DNA of 64,000 nucleotides from Gemmatales bacterium (lineage in GTDB: Bacteria; Planctomycetota; Planctomycetia; Gemmatales; HRBIN36): the NCBI GenBank assembly GCA_041640595.1, contig JBEPZY010000005.1:128001-192000 (forward strand), in the 5' to 3' direction. The notes beneath the pieces are model-generated. The model did no database searches. It was not told the DNA's origin and saw nothing but the letters and a program-made list of their open reading frames with translations. The translations under genes and the position numbers were made by a program. Positions within the stretch are counted from its first letter, which is position 1. Each line of letters begins with the position of its first letter. Positions 9,921-20,924 of the stretch are shown here, piece by piece.

Positions 9921-10440
9921 GAAAACTTCCGGCAATCGCAAGATTGTCGGTTGCCAACCCAGTGACGGAATCCGATGATGGACGCGGTAAGCCTGGCCTG
10001 GGCGGTGATGCTGGCGGTAGCAGGACTGGCCCTGGTAGCCTGCAAGGCCACGGTGGCCTGGAGACGGTGCATAGAGGCGGGTCTGAAGGGGCTGCCGAAA
10101 GGTCAGACTTCTGGCGGCACCGCGGGCTCCGCCGGACTGGTGAGCGATGGGCGCAGCCAGAGCCACGCAGGGAGGCGAGCAGGACTGACACCACGAAGAT
10201 GGTCAGGTTGGCTGTGGAGCGGAAGTCTTTGCCGGCCTGTTGTGGCCGGGCCTGAGTTCTACCGGGCCCCGCAAATCACCGAAGTGTTGGGTGGGCGGGA
10301 AGGTTTCGGCCTGTCGTCGCGGCTTGGCTATTGGTCAGTCACTTCGGGAAGGCTGCCAGCAGACCGGTCAGGTGAGCCGTCCGTGGTTCTGTCTTGGTAG
10401 TTGACGCCCAAAATCGGGCTGGTGTCTCTCGGCGGTCAGC

Positions 10441-12030
10441 GTGAACGGCTGGCTTTGCCGGGAGGGTACAGCCTTGGCAGGAGTACTCGGTATCGTCGTC
10501 GGTCTGGCGACCGGCCTGCTGATAGGTTACGTGGCTACTCGATTGATCGATCGCTGGCGGGGCGCGCGTGCCAGCCGTTCAGCACAGCAACTGCTGGAAG
10601 AATCGCGGCAGGAGGCGCAACGGATTGTCCGCGAGGCGGAATTACAAGCCCGGGAACAGTTGCAGCGTCGCCGCGAGGAACTGGAACGGGAAATGCAGGA
10701 GGCCCGCAGTGAGCTGCGCGAACGGGAGCGACGCTTGCAACAACAAGAGGAAGTCCTGGCCAAACGCCAGCAGTTGCTGCATCGCAAGGACCGTTCCCTG
10801 GAGTTGACCCAGAAACAACTGGCAGAACAGCGGGAAGCCCTGGCCCGTCGGGAAAAAGAACTCGAATCGCTTTTCGCCGAGCAACGCCAGAAGCTCGAGC
10901 AAATTTCCGGACTGAGTCGGGAAGAAGCGACGAACTTGCTGCTGACGCGGCTGGAACAGGAACTTTCCGCAGAAATTGGCCAGCGCATCCAGCGATTCGA
11001 GGAACGTTTCAAAGCCCAGGCTGAAGAACGAGCCCGCGAGATTCTGGTGACAGCCATTCAGCGATATGCCGCCGGGCACACTGCCGAAACCACTGTGAGC
11101 ACCATTGACCTGCCCAACGACGAAATGAAAGGCCGCATCATTGGCCGCGAAGGTCGCAACATCCGTACTTTCGAGCGAATCACCGGAGTGGATGTGATTG
11201 TGGACGATACTCCTGGGGTAGTGGTGGTGAGTTCCTTCGATGCTGTTCGCCGGGAAGTCGCGCGGCAGGCACTCAAGAAGCTGATCGCCGATGGGCGAAT
11301 CCACCCGGCACGGATTGAGGAAGTGGTAGCGGAAACCCGCGCCGAAGTGGAACGCCATATCATGGAAGCCGGACGAGCCGCCGTCCAGGAAGCCAACATC
11401 GGCCATGTTCACGAGAAAATCATTCAGCTACTGGGCCGGCTCAAATTCCGCACTTCCTACAGTCAAAACGTTCTGCAACATAGCCTGGAAGTGGCTCACC
11501 TGTGCGGGCTGATGGCCGAGGAACTCGGATTGGATGGACAACTCGCCCGCCGTTGCGGCCTGCTACACGATATCGGCAAAGCAGCCGATCACGACATGGA
11601 AGGTGGCCATCCCCAAATCGGAGCGGAGTTAGCTCGCCGCTACGGGGAGACACGCCAGGAAGTCTTGCACGCTATCCTTTGCCATCACGACGACATCAAG
11701 CACGGCCACATTTACACCGTGCTGGTAGCGGCAGCGGATGCCATCAGCGCCAGCCGACCCGGTGCTCGCCGGGAAACGCTGGAAAAATACATCAAGCGCA
11801 TGCAGGAACTCGAAAACCTGGCCATGAGCTTTCCGGGAGTCGAACAAGCTTATGCTATTCAGGCCGGTCGGGAACTTCGCGTCATTGCTCAGGCCAACAA
11901 AACGACGGACCAGGACGCTATCAAACTCAGTCGTGACATCGCTCGCGCTATCGAGCAGCAACTCGAATATCCCGGCGACATTAAGGTTACCGTAATCCGC
12001 GAAATCCGGGCCGTCGAATACGCTCGCTGA
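10441..12030 (+). CDS. rny: Ribonuclease Y
   Basis: N-terminal TM, coiled coil, KH motif [16 protein letters not shown] domain [12 protein letters not shown]...[18 protein letters not shown]. Confidence 0.97.
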   Translation: MNGWLCREGTALAGVLGIVVGLATGLLIGYVATRLIDRWRGARASRSAQQLLEESRQEAQRIVREAELQAREQLQRRREELEREMQEARSELRERERRLQQQEEVLAKRQQLLHRKDRSLELTQKQLAEQREALARREKELESLFAEQRQKLEQISGLSREEATNLLLTRLEQELSAEIGQRIQRFEERFKAQAEERAREILVTAIQRYAAGHTAETTVSTIDLPNDEMKGRIIGREGRNIRTFERITGVDVIVDDTPGVVVVSSFDAVRREVARQALKKLIADGRIHPARIEEVVAETRAEVERHIMEAGRAAVQEANIGHVHEKIIQLLGRLKFRTSYSQNVLQHSLEVAHLCGLMAEELGLDGQLARRCGLLHDIGKAADHDMEGGHPQIGAELARRYGETRQEVLHAILCHHDDIKHGHIYTVLVAAADAISASRPGARRETLEKYIKRMQELENLAMSFPGVEQAYAIQAGRELRVIAQANKTTDQDAIKLSRDIARAIEQQLEYPGDIKVTVIREIRAVEYAR

Positions 12031-12342
12031 TGGCCGAACTTACACCCTGACCAGCCAACAAACCCAGACATAGTCTGCCACGGGAACGTTTCCGACTTCC
12101 CTGGGTTTTACGCCCTTGGTAAAACCAATTTCAGACGGTGGGTTCCCAGCAACGTACCAGTGGACGAAATGCCGATGTCAATTTACGACTATGCCGATTA
12201 TGTTTATAATCATGCAAAGCGAGCTACTGCCATCGGCGACTTTTGTCAAGGCGACTACGGGAAGGATCGGGCCCCGCGGCCAGCCTGGCCGTCGCAAGAA
12301 ATGCGATTCGCCGCGTATTAGCCTGCGTCTAAGCCAGCCGCG

Positions 12343-12786
12343 ATGACAAATCCGATGCGACTTTCCACCCGAGCCGAGTACGCTTGCCTGGCGGCCCTGG
12401 AGCTGGCCTGTCGGTACGATTCCGGCCAGCCTGTAACGCTGAAGACAATCTCCGATATTCACGGTATTTCGAGTAAATACCTCGTTCAAATAATGATTCA
12501 GTTGCGGGCAGCAGGTCTTGTGCAAAGTGCCCGCGGTTCCAGCGGAGGTTTTCAGCTGGCCAGACCGCCGCAAGAGATTACGCTGCTGGAACTTCTGACC
12601 GCGATTGACGGTCCCTGGCCGGAACGCTATAAGCCAGCGGCCCGGTCGCAATCGCCTGTGGCCCAGGCACTTGCGTCAGCTTGGACCGAACTCCTGGCGT
12701 TGGAGCGGGATTTCCTGCAAAACGTTACCCTGGCCGATCTCGCCCAGCGTGCCCGCCGACCAGTAGCGGACATGTACTACATTTAG
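12343..12786 (+). CDS. Rrf2 family transcriptional regulator (CymR-like, no Fe-S Cys triad)
   Basis: MRLSTRAEYA, YLVQIMIQLRAAGLVQSARGSSGGFQLARPPQEITL, C-terminal MYYI; upstream of sat. Confidence 0.9.
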   Translation: MTNPMRLSTRAEYACLAALELACRYDSGQPVTLKTISDIHGISSKYLVQIMIQLRAAGLVQSARGSSGGFQLARPPQEITLLELLTAIDGPWPERYKPAARSQSPVAQALASAWTELLALERDFLQNVTLADLAQRARRPVADMYYI

Positions 12787-12889
12787 CCTGCGCTACTGGA
12801 AAAATACACAGCTCGAACAAGACTGAGAAAATCAAACATCCGGCTAATGTGCCGGACGGGGAAAACTGAGCGAATCGTGAGGAAGGAGA

Positions 12890-14092
12890 ATGACTGAAGT
12901 GAAAAAAACAAAGGTTCCGCAGAACAGCTCTATCGAGCCACACGGTGGCCAGCTGGTCAATCGGCTTGCCTCGCCGGACGAACGCGAAGAATGGCTCCAG
13001 CGCTTGCCCCACTTACGGCGACTCACGGTGCGTTTGCGGGAGCGATGCGACCTGGAGATGCTGGCCATCGGCGCCTACAGTCCGCTGACCGGCTTTATGA
13101 CCCGAGCCGATTACGAAGGTGTCGTCCAGGATATGCGGCTGGCGAGCGGTGTCTTATGGAGCATCCCGATCACGTTGGGAGTCTCCCGTGAACAAGCCGA
13201 CTCGCTGCGGGAAGGCGAACCCATCGCACTGTTGGATGAACTCGGCGACGTCCTGGCCATCCTGCACCTGCAGGAGAAGTTTATTCCGGACAAAAAACGC
13301 GAGGCTCGGGAAGTGTATCGCACGGAAGACCCGGCTCATCCGGGCGTGGAGTACATTTACAAACAGGGCGAGGTTCTGCTGGGCGGTCCGATCACAGCTC
13401 TGCAACGACCGCGCCACGATTTGTATCCGGAGTGGCACTACACCCCGGCACAATTGCGGCAAGTGTTTCAGGAGCGGGGTTGGCGACGGATTGTCGCTTT
13501 CCAGACCCGCAACCCCATTCATCGCGCTCACGAATACCTCACCAAATGCGCACTGGAGGTGGTGGACGGGTTGCTGATTCATCCGCTGGTCGGCGAAACC
13601 AAGGGAGACGATGTTCCCGCGCCGATCCGGATTCGCAGTTACTTAGCCATTCTGGAGCGGTATTATCCGAAAGAACGGGTGCTATTGAGCCTGTGGGGAG
13701 CGAGCATGCGGTATGCCGGGCCCCGCGAAGCCGTGCACCATGCCATCGTTCGCAAGAATTACGGTTGCACGCACTTTATCGTCGGCCGGGACCATGCTGG
13801 CGTGGGGAAATATTACGGCACCTATGATGCGCAGCGGATTTTCGACGAAATTGACCCGCAGGATTTAGGGATAACGCCGCTCTTTTTTGAGCATACTTTT
13901 TACTGCCGGGTTTGCGGTATGGCGTCGTACAAGACCTGCCCATGTCCACCGGAGAATCGGTTGATGTTGAGCGGTACGCAGGTGCGGGCCATGCTCAGTC
14001 GCGGTGAAAGTCCGCCGCCAGAGTTTACCCGCCCCGAAGTGGCCCAGGTGCTCATCGAAGGCTATCGAGAGCTGTCCAAGGGAGCCGCTTGA
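12890..14092 (+). CDS. sat: Sulfate adenylyltransferase (ATP sulfurylase)
   Basis: [53 protein letters not shown]. Confidence 0.97.
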   Translation: MTEVKKTKVPQNSSIEPHGGQLVNRLASPDEREEWLQRLPHLRRLTVRLRERCDLEMLAIGAYSPLTGFMTRADYEGVVQDMRLASGVLWSIPITLGVSREQADSLREGEPIALLDELGDVLAILHLQEKFIPDKKREAREVYRTEDPAHPGVEYIYKQGEVLLGGPITALQRPRHDLYPEWHYTPAQLRQVFQERGWRRIVAFQTRNPIHRAHEYLTKCALEVVDGLLIHPLVGETKGDDVPAPIRIRSYLAILERYYPKERVLLSLWGASMRYAGPREAVHHAIVRKNYGCTHFIVGRDHAGVGKYYGTYDAQRIFDEIDPQDLGITPLFFEHTFYCRVCGMASYKTCPCPPENRLMLSGTQVRAMLSRGESPPPEFTRPEVAQVLIEGYRELSKGAA

Positions 14093-14166
14093 AATGGCCC
14101 GGTTGCCGGCATATTGCCTGTCGCTCCTGCGTATTGCCTGCCGATACCAGGCGGACCTGTTCGCAG

Positions 14167-14640
14167 CTAGGCCGACCTCGAGCGGCACATCTTCAGAAGC
14201 AGGTACATTTCCCCGCTGTGGCAAGCCTCATCGTGCAAACCGTGCAGGATTTGCCCTGCCAGACTGTGTCGGGCCTGGCTGGCGTGAAGCTGCAAGCGCT
14301 CTTCCGGCGTAGTTTCGACTAATTGGCAGAAACGTCGCAGCTGCTCGGCCAGCATCCGGTCCAGAAGCTCGCGATCGGGCCAATCGCGGGTCAGGTGGGG
14401 TGGTCGGCAACGCATACCGAATTTTTCTGCCCAGCCGGGTGGCAATTCGCTTCGGCCGGTCAGCAGTTCCACGCCCAGCACATCCATCAGCCAGACGGCA
14501 TGCCCTGCATGCCACAAAATGTGGTTGCTCGTTCCTGGCGGTGCCCAGGTCAGCCATTCGGGTCGCGCTGCCGCCAGAATTTCCCGGGTCCGCGTGCGTA
14601 CCTGCCGCGCCAGCTCTTGCAAAAGGTGTCGTGCGGACAT
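14167..14640 (-). CDS. DinB family protein
   Basis: NHILWHAGH and HDEACHSGE metal-binding motifs; start moved to ATG 14640 (SD GGAGGG). Confidence 0.85.
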   Translation of the reverse strand: MSARHLLQELARQVRTRTREILAAARPEWLTWAPPGTSNHILWHAGHAVWLMDVLGVELLTGRSELPPGWAEKFGMRCRPPHLTRDWPDRELLDRMLAEQLRRFCQLVETTPEERLQLHASQARHSLAGQILHGLHDEACHSGEMYLLLKMCRSRSA

Positions 14641-14792
14641 AGTCGCCCTCCGATTCGCCCGGACGGTTGCCGTGCTCATTGCGCTGCCCGTCCATCGAGC
14701 CGGATGGAAAAACTTTCCTGGAGCCGGTTCGCAGATGATGCTACAATGTCCGGCAACGAATGGCACGACGCATGGACCACGGAGGTACGCGC

Positions 14793-15389
14793 ATGCAGCG
14801 ATGGAACGTAATCATGCTAGTCTTCGGTCTGGCTCTTCTGGCCGGGTGTGGCGGCAAATCGGAAACTTCCAAACCATCTGGTCAGCCTTCCGCGACTGGC
14901 GAGCCGACTGCCCAAAAGACGTTCGTCTTGCGGAGCGAAGCTTTTCGCAACGGTGAGACCATACCCGCCGACTTCCGCCATACAGAGGTCGGTGGCAAAA
15001 ATCAGTCTCCGCCTCTGGAATGGACTGACCCACCGTCAGGCACGCGGGCCTTCGCTCTTGTTTGCATAGACCCCGACGCTCCGGATGGCGAATTCGTGCA
15101 CTGGGTGTTGTACAACTTGCCGGGAGAGCTTCGTAAACTCGAACGCAACCTGGGTCGCACTCCAGCCTTGCCTAACGGTGCTCGTCAGGGGAAGAACGAT
15201 TTTGACGAAATCGGCTACGATGGTCCCGCACCGCCGCCCGGCAAACCGCACCGATACATTTTCCGCCTCTATGCTCTGGATCGCCCACTCGACCTGCCAC
15301 CGCAGGCGACACGCCAGCAACTCGAAAAAGCCATGCAGGGACATATCCTTGCCCAGACCGAACTGGTCGGCATTTACGAGCATAAATAG
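14793..15389 (+). CDS. YbhB/YbcL (PEBP/RKIP-like) lipoprotein
   Basis: Lipobox LLAGC, NQSPPLEW, DPDAP, FVHWVLYN, GYDGPAPP...HRY; SD GGAGGT before ATG 14793. Confidence 0.92.
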   Translation: MQRWNVIMLVFGLALLAGCGGKSETSKPSGQPSATGEPTAQKTFVLRSEAFRNGETIPADFRHTEVGGKNQSPPLEWTDPPSGTRAFALVCIDPDAPDGEFVHWVLYNLPGELRKLERNLGRTPALPNGARQGKNDFDEIGYDGPAPPPGKPHRYIFRLYALDRPLDLPPQATRQQLEKAMQGHILAQTELVGIYEHK

Positions 15390-15836
15390 CGTCCGTCGGC
15401 ATCAGCTGGTCGCCGTGCTCGCCGATCGGCCTGGCTAAGACCCCAAGCCTGCGAGCGTAAATAGCATCCGTCGTCATCGGTGGGCCGGTGCAAATACTGG
15501 ACAATGGCAGCCGTCGAGTCATTCACGTTTACCAGGCGGATCGTATTGCGACTCCGAATTCGGCTGGGTATCAGTTTGGCGGCATCGCCTCTCTGCGTGG
15601 ACTTTGCTCGATTCACATCTGAGAGGTATCCTCGCGCTGACGTCCGCGGTATCGCCTCTCTCGCTTTGCTCGATGCGGTGAGTGTTACGCCGGTTGTCGG
15701 CCTTCCGCGAGAATTGCTTGGTCTCCTTCGGTGGATTTCGCTCGATGCGGTGAGTATGGTGTCGAGCGTCATCGAGATACGCTCGCCCTGGACAAATGAC
15801 CTGGCGACAATCGGTGAGCGAGCAACGCCACTAACA

Positions 15837-15999
15837 GTGAAACTGAAACAGGCGGTTACGTAAACAGGCGCCGATCTCTGTCCAGGGTAGAAACTGGGAT
15901 TGGGTGAAACTTGAACAGGCGGTCAGGCCAACGATGATGGTCAGCCCGACCCGCACCAGCGACATGACAGGTGAAACTTGAACGGACGGCCAAGCCAAC
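15837..15999. repeat. Three 29-nt direct repeats with 38-nt intervening segments (CRISPR-like geometry, degenerate)
   Basis: GTGAAACTGAAACAGGCGGTTACGTAAAC (15837), GTGAAACTTGAACAGGCGGTCAGGCCAAC (15904), GTGAAACTTGAACGGACGGCCAAGCCAAC (15971); period exactly 67. Confidence 0.6.
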
Positions 16000-16333
16000 G
16001 TTCCCGACTATCTCCGTATAATAACGCCGACTCAATCGAGCCAGGAAGCTTTCCTGCTCCAGCCAACACGCTGACATCTAGACTCGCGGTACGTGGCCTG
16101 AAAGAATTGGGAACCACAATTCCTCTTCGGCGTGTTGTGCTTAATGGCAGGGGCCTTGCGGTACGATACCGGAACGACTTGAGGAACCGCAAATTCGGCT
16201 ATCTTACAATCTGGTGGTGCGATCAACCACCAGCTATACTGAATTGACTGACTGGATGGAGACACCAGCCGATCGTCATAAACACTAAAATCACAATTGT
16301 GGCAAGCTTCAGCACTGAATGGACTAACTTTGT

Positions 16334-16406
16334 GGGGCCGTAGCTCAACTGGGAGAGCGCCGGCTTTGCAAGCCGGAGGTTGCCGGTTCGAGCCCGGTCG
16401 GCTCCA
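16334..16406 (+). tRNA. tRNA-Ala(TGC), CCA not encoded
   Basis: GGGGCCG acceptor with G3:U70, D arm TAGCTCAACTGGGAGAGC, anticodon arm CCGGC-TTTGCAA-GCCGG, T loop GGTTCGAGCC. Confidence 0.97.
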
Positions 16407-16480
16407 CTAAGCATCGGCATGACGCGCGGCAATGGGGGCTTGATTCGCAGCGAGTGGAAGGCGGTCGGCTCCACTAAGCA
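16395..16480. repeat. 19-bp direct repeat of the tRNA-Ala 3' end (att-like)
   Basis: CGGTCGGCTCCACTAAGCA at 16395-16413 and 16462-16480. Confidence 0.85.
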
Positions 16481-16906
16481 CTTCTGCCACGCAGACCCTG
16501 GCAACTGGTTCCGCTCAATCCGCTAAATGCTCGCCCCGCTCGGCTGTAGCAAACGCCGTTATCAGGTCGGCATCCGCAATGCACTGCTCGCTTTCGATTT
16601 TGTGTACCACGAAGGCACTACGACGCACTGACTTAGAGCTTAGTGTTTTCCAGGTGTCCTGGTGTCTTCGTGGTCAGCATTTCGGGGATTCAAGCATCGC
16701 AGGCTGTGCCGCTACGCCCTGTCTCTCGCTACTCGTTCCTGTTCCTTCGTTGCTTTCCTGTGCTGGTTATTAGATTGCAAGCGCTGAACCGGAGCGCGTC
16801 TCTCTTGCCAACGCCAAGATGCCGCTGATACGTTCCTGACGACGCGGACAAGGAAACATTGCCTTCTGGCCTTGAATTCGTGAGAGAACCCCAAGGGGAA
16901 ACGGGT

Positions 16907-18769
16907 TTATGCATGCAATTCCTGCTCCAGTGTCTCCAGGGCTTTCACCAGCGGGTCATCGTATTCGATCCGCAGCATGGCGTTGTCCTGCCATTCCTTG
17001 ATTAGTTTCTGGATGTCCGCTTGCACTTTCTCGACAAGGCGGTTTGTCGTGCGGCTGGATGTGATTATGCTGGCGGCAAACATGGCGAGAATGAAAACGG
17101 GAATGGCACTGAGCACCAAACAGTATAGAAACTGGCCCAACCCTGCCGGGAGGAAGTCGTGCAGTTCGGTGGGTTGGCCTGTCAGGGCGGAGTAATCGGC
17201 ACTGAGGTACCGTCGATAGACGGTCAGAATCGGCCCAGCCATGAAGAACGCGAACACTGCCGTAGCCATGCTGGCCCAGACGAAGGGGCCCCATCGGCGC
17301 GTTTCTGCATGCGCCGCCACTACTTTTTGCACCGTTTCGTAGCAACGGTTCTGGAAATCTTCGATACCCACCACGCGCACGCCCAGTTTCTCCGCCGGAC
17401 GATACTCTTCCTGCCGGTACTGGTTCACGATGCGATGAATCGCATGGACTACCGGCTGCAACTGGCTTTCTACCTCGGCCCGGAACCGATCGGCAAAGCT
17501 GATACGCCAGCGCCGCTCACTCTTCCACGTTTCACCGAGGTTACGCAGCATTTGCCAGAACGTCAGCACGGCCGAGGGCTTACTCCCCATAAAGGACAGA
17601 ACAAGCCGATCCCAGGCGTTTTCCGTAAGCATCAACAGGCGAAGAATGGTGCGATAGGGAAAGGCCCACACCGGGGTGCGCTCTAACCACCAGCCTCGCA
17701 AGTGTCGCCGCACCAGCACACGTTGTTCTTCGTCATTGCCCAGCAAGCGGCTCGCTAACCTGTCAGCCAGGTCCGACGTGGTGCTGTTTAGTAGTTCCCA
17801 TTTTTCCTTTACTTGTTGTCGCAGCTCGCTGGTCAGTTCGCCGATTCTTTGGGCCAGCGCCTTGCGGCGAACGCGGATCTCGCTCTCGACGTTACCGTAC
17901 ACCCGCGAACGATCGGCCAGGATCGGCTGGAGCGTTTTCTGCAACCGTTGCCGAACCAGCTCTATCGCTCCATCACCGTATAAGTCGGCGTCGGGGATAA
18001 AGATGGGGTCCATAACCTGACCGTCGGAATTATTATCGCGCCATCTCGCCAGATACTTTTCCACATCCGCGCGCTGTTCGGCGGATGGATTCGCCTGACC
18101 GCGATTGCGAAACCGGATTACAGGAATGCCCCCGCCTGACTGGCGAAACAGTTCTTCCGTCTCTCCATCGCGTAGTTGCTCAAACCGAAGCACTATCAGC
18201 TTGATAGCCCCCGACGTCCGTGCTAAGTCATTGATAATGTTTATAGCCTCTCCTAAAGTCGAAAATCCCGGAGCGTCCCCGACTATATAAGGTGAACCTA
18301 GATCCAGCATTGCAGACTCTGGTACCTGGATAAATCTCTCTGCCCCTTGTTGCATGTTGCCGGGCGGACAAGGCCCGATCCACAGCAATTGCTGGGAACG
18401 ATCGCGTGCATCCGGTCCTGAGGGAATCTGCTTTCGATACGCCTCGTCATTGAGAAAACATCGGGCCAGCCAGCCTTTTCCTTCACCGGTGCGGCCGAGC
18501 AGAACGATGGGCACTGTGCTGGCTGTTCCGCGTTCAATCAGACGCTGACACGAAGAGAGAAACTCCTGCACCAGCTTAGATATTTCTTCCTGCCGAGGAG
18601 TATTACCATAGATGATCTTGATGGTCTCCTGCAGTCGCTGACAGCGTGCTTGCGTTTCCGTTAGCAAAGCATTAGCGGCGTCGTTTTGCTTAGCTCGGCT
18701 GATTGGCGTGCTTATATCTTGATGTTTAGTACCCGTGTCCAGGGCATAGTTCTGCTTAGCTGCGCTCAT
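16907..18769 (-). CDS. Dynamin-like/TRAFAC GTPase with C-terminal transmembrane segments
   Basis: G1-like LLGRTGEGKG, G3 DAPG, helical stalk, two hydrophobic C-terminal segments; ATG 18769 with SD AAGGAG overlaps upstream stop. Confidence 0.7.
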   Translation of the reverse strand: MSAAKQNYALDTGTKHQDISTPISRAKQNDAANALLTETQARCQRLQETIKIIYGNTPRQEEISKLVQEFLSSCQRLIERGTASTVPIVLLGRTGEGKGWLARCFLNDEAYRKQIPSGPDARDRSQQLLWIGPCPPGNMQQGAERFIQVPESAMLDLGSPYIVGDAPGFSTLGEAINIINDLARTSGAIKLIVLRFEQLRDGETEELFRQSGGGIPVIRFRNRGQANPSAEQRADVEKYLARWRDNNSDGQVMDPIFIPDADLYGDGAIELVRQRLQKTLQPILADRSRVYGNVESEIRVRRKALAQRIGELTSELRQQVKEKWELLNSTTSDLADRLASRLLGNDEEQRVLVRRHLRGWWLERTPVWAFPYRTILRLLMLTENAWDRLVLSFMGSKPSAVLTFWQMLRNLGETWKSERRWRISFADRFRAEVESQLQPVVHAIHRIVNQYRQEEYRPAEKLGVRVVGIEDFQNRCYETVQKVVAAHAETRRWGPFVWASMATAVFAFFMAGPILTVYRRYLSADYSALTGQPTELHDFLPAGLGQFLYCLVLSAIPVFILAMFAASIITSSRTTNRLVEKVQADIQKLIKEWQDNAMLRIEYDDPLVKALETLEQELHA

Positions 18770-20924
18770 AGGCCAACTCCTTCCACTCCCCAATTTCTTT
18801 CGTCCAATTCCAGATACCGGTGTTAGGTAAAGGAAGTATTTGGCGCAAGGCTGGTACGGCGACTTTTGGCAGGACGAACTCGCGTTGGTTATTACCTCGG
18901 CCAAACTTTACACACAGCCGCCCACCAGGGCTCAATTCTCTCGGCAAGCCGAACGCATCGCAGAAGAGGTAAAACAAGGCAGCCAGTGCCGGCAGCGTAT
19001 TATGTTTCACCAGACCGCCATAGTACACCCCAAAGGCCGATCCGGTGCCGATGACCGCAACCGTTAGAGCTTTTAAGCCAGCAATGTTGGTAGCGAGCCA
19101 GGCGGTTAGTGAAAATGTGCTCAGGAGCGTCGCGCCGCCATCTACCAGGGCGGCTACTCCCGCGGCTAAGCCTACCGCTGCCCCGACAACGACCACTACG
19201 CTCTTGCCCAATATCTTGAACTTTTCCCAGCCCGGCAAATTGTTCCAGAAATCCTGGGCCATCCGATCTAATTCTTGCGGGTCGGTCTTGAGTTCCACCC
19301 TCTTGAGAAAGGTTAGAAGTACCTCACTAATCAGCGCCTGGAGTTCGTGCTTAGTGCAGGTTTTCGGGATCCAGCGCTGATATTGCAATTCTTCTGCCAA
19401 TTCTTCGGCTGTCTTGAAAGGCAGGGAGGGCTGTTCCGTTTGGGATGGGAACAAATCGGTGCAAATGTTCGACCAAGCTTGCCTGGCTTTGCCGACACCT
19501 GGCAATGATACAAGGCCACTAATCCAGTCTTTTACCGTTGCTGCTGCGCGAAGCGATTTCTGCCCTATCCACTCCCCGGCACGGACCAGCCTGGGAGCAT
19601 TGCGGATCATCGCCTGGTGTAGGTCGGACATGAACTGTTGATTCGCAACCTGTTTCGGTTCGTTTCTTTCGTCCGTGAACAGTTTGCTACAGAACGTCAG
19701 CAGACCTTTATAGGCCTGGCGCGTGTTTTCTTCGCAGTCCGCTCGCCAACGTTCCAGAGAATCCAGCGCCTCCCGAACCACCCGCCGAACCTCTTGTGCG
19801 TGCGATTGGGCTGCTTGCTGCTGCAACTGGCCAGGCTCCAGTCGCCGATAGAGCTCGACCAGCCAGTACTCACGGGGTATGTCCTGCGGCGAATCAAAAT
19901 GCCGGGGTTCCGCGGTATAGAACATCGGAAAACGCTCAGTAGATTTGCCGGAGTCGGTGCTGTTAGTCTGGCGGAGCTTATTGCTTGCACTGTCCTGCCA
20001 CAGACCCCGCGGTGTATAGTCCTCCCAACCATTGACTTCATAATCCATAGCGACGTACACACCGTTCAGCTGAAACTTAGATTTCAAGGCACTAACATCC
20101 GGGTCGTCCTGGAGAATGCTGCGGAGAAGGCTTGGCTGGGTTGGGCGAACTTTATTGACCAGCAGGTACATAGGCACATCCGCCATCCGCTGCCGCAACT
20201 CATCAAGCAGCTCATAAAGCAATCGATCCCGCAACTGGGCACGTTCCCAAACTACGAAAAACGCCGAGCATACCCGTGCCGCTTGCGCCACGAATTCTAA
20301 TCGCTCATTCCGTCGCCTACCTGGCTCGTGTGAAGGCAGCTTCGACCCCGGCTCATCCTTAGTCTGAATATCCATGCAATCCAGAAAAGCGAATTCTGTT
20401 AGCCCTGGATCATAGGCGACTAATGGTACTGGAATTTTCTCAGGACGGTCGCGACCGCTGCTATATTGCTCGAATGCCTGTTTAGTGTCTTCGCTTAACA
20501 TTTCTGGCCGCTGGTTGTGAGCATCATAAAGAATTTTCCGAATAAGCTGTTCCTGGTGCGGGTCTTGACGGCAACGCTCTGGAAACCAGTAAACGAAGCG
20601 ATGAGTACCATACTTAGATTCGTAACCGCGTGGCACGCGCCGGCGACCCGCTTCACTGAGAAACATGGCCACAACACTCGATTTACCCGCGTTGAGTTGG
20701 CCAACTACGCCGATGATCGGAATTTTCGCTATTTGCAGACGTGTCTTGGCAATTGCTACCGCTTTGTCCATCTCGACGAGCAACCCTTTGCAACCCGCCT
20801 GTTGCAAAGCCTGCGACCAACTCAGCGTTTCACGCGACGAATCGAGGATGGGTTGATCACGAAGATGCTCATAGCGACTGATTAGCCTTTCTAAATTAGT
20901 CATTCCCGACTCTGTTTTGCTCAT
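18756..20924 (-). CDS. Dynamin-like/TRAFAC GTPase with C-terminal hydrophobic region
   Basis: G1 GVVGQLNAGKSS, G2 GTH, G3-like DCMD, G4 VNKV, hydrophobic stretch VVVVVGAAVGLAAGVAAL; SD GAGGGG before ATG 20924. Confidence 0.75.
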   Translation of the reverse strand: MSKTESGMTNLERLISRYEHLRDQPILDSSRETLSWSQALQQAGCKGLLVEMDKAVAIAKTRLQIAKIPIIGVVGQLNAGKSSVVAMFLSEAGRRRVPRGYESKYGTHRFVYWFPERCRQDPHQEQLIRKILYDAHNQRPEMLSEDTKQAFEQYSSGRDRPEKIPVPLVAYDPGLTEFAFLDCMDIQTKDEPGSKLPSHEPGRRRNERLEFVAQAARVCSAFFVVWERAQLRDRLLYELLDELRQRMADVPMYLLVNKVRPTQPSLLRSILQDDPDVSALKSKFQLNGVYVAMDYEVNGWEDYTPRGLWQDSASNKLRQTNSTDSGKSTERFPMFYTAEPRHFDSPQDIPREYWLVELYRRLEPGQLQQQAAQSHAQEVRRVVREALDSLERWRADCEENTRQAYKGLLTFCSKLFTDERNEPKQVANQQFMSDLHQAMIRNAPRLVRAGEWIGQKSLRAAATVKDWISGLVSLPGVGKARQAWSNICTDLFPSQTEQPSLPFKTAEELAEELQYQRWIPKTCTKHELQALISEVLLTFLKRVELKTDPQELDRMAQDFWNNLPGWEKFKILGKSVVVVVGAAVGLAAGVAALVDGGATLLSTFSLTAWLATNIAGLKALTVAVIGTGSAFGVYYGGLVKHNTLPALAALFYLFCDAFGLPRELSPGGRLCVKFGRGNNQREFVLPKVAVPALRQILPLPNTGIWNWTKEIGEWKELAYERS

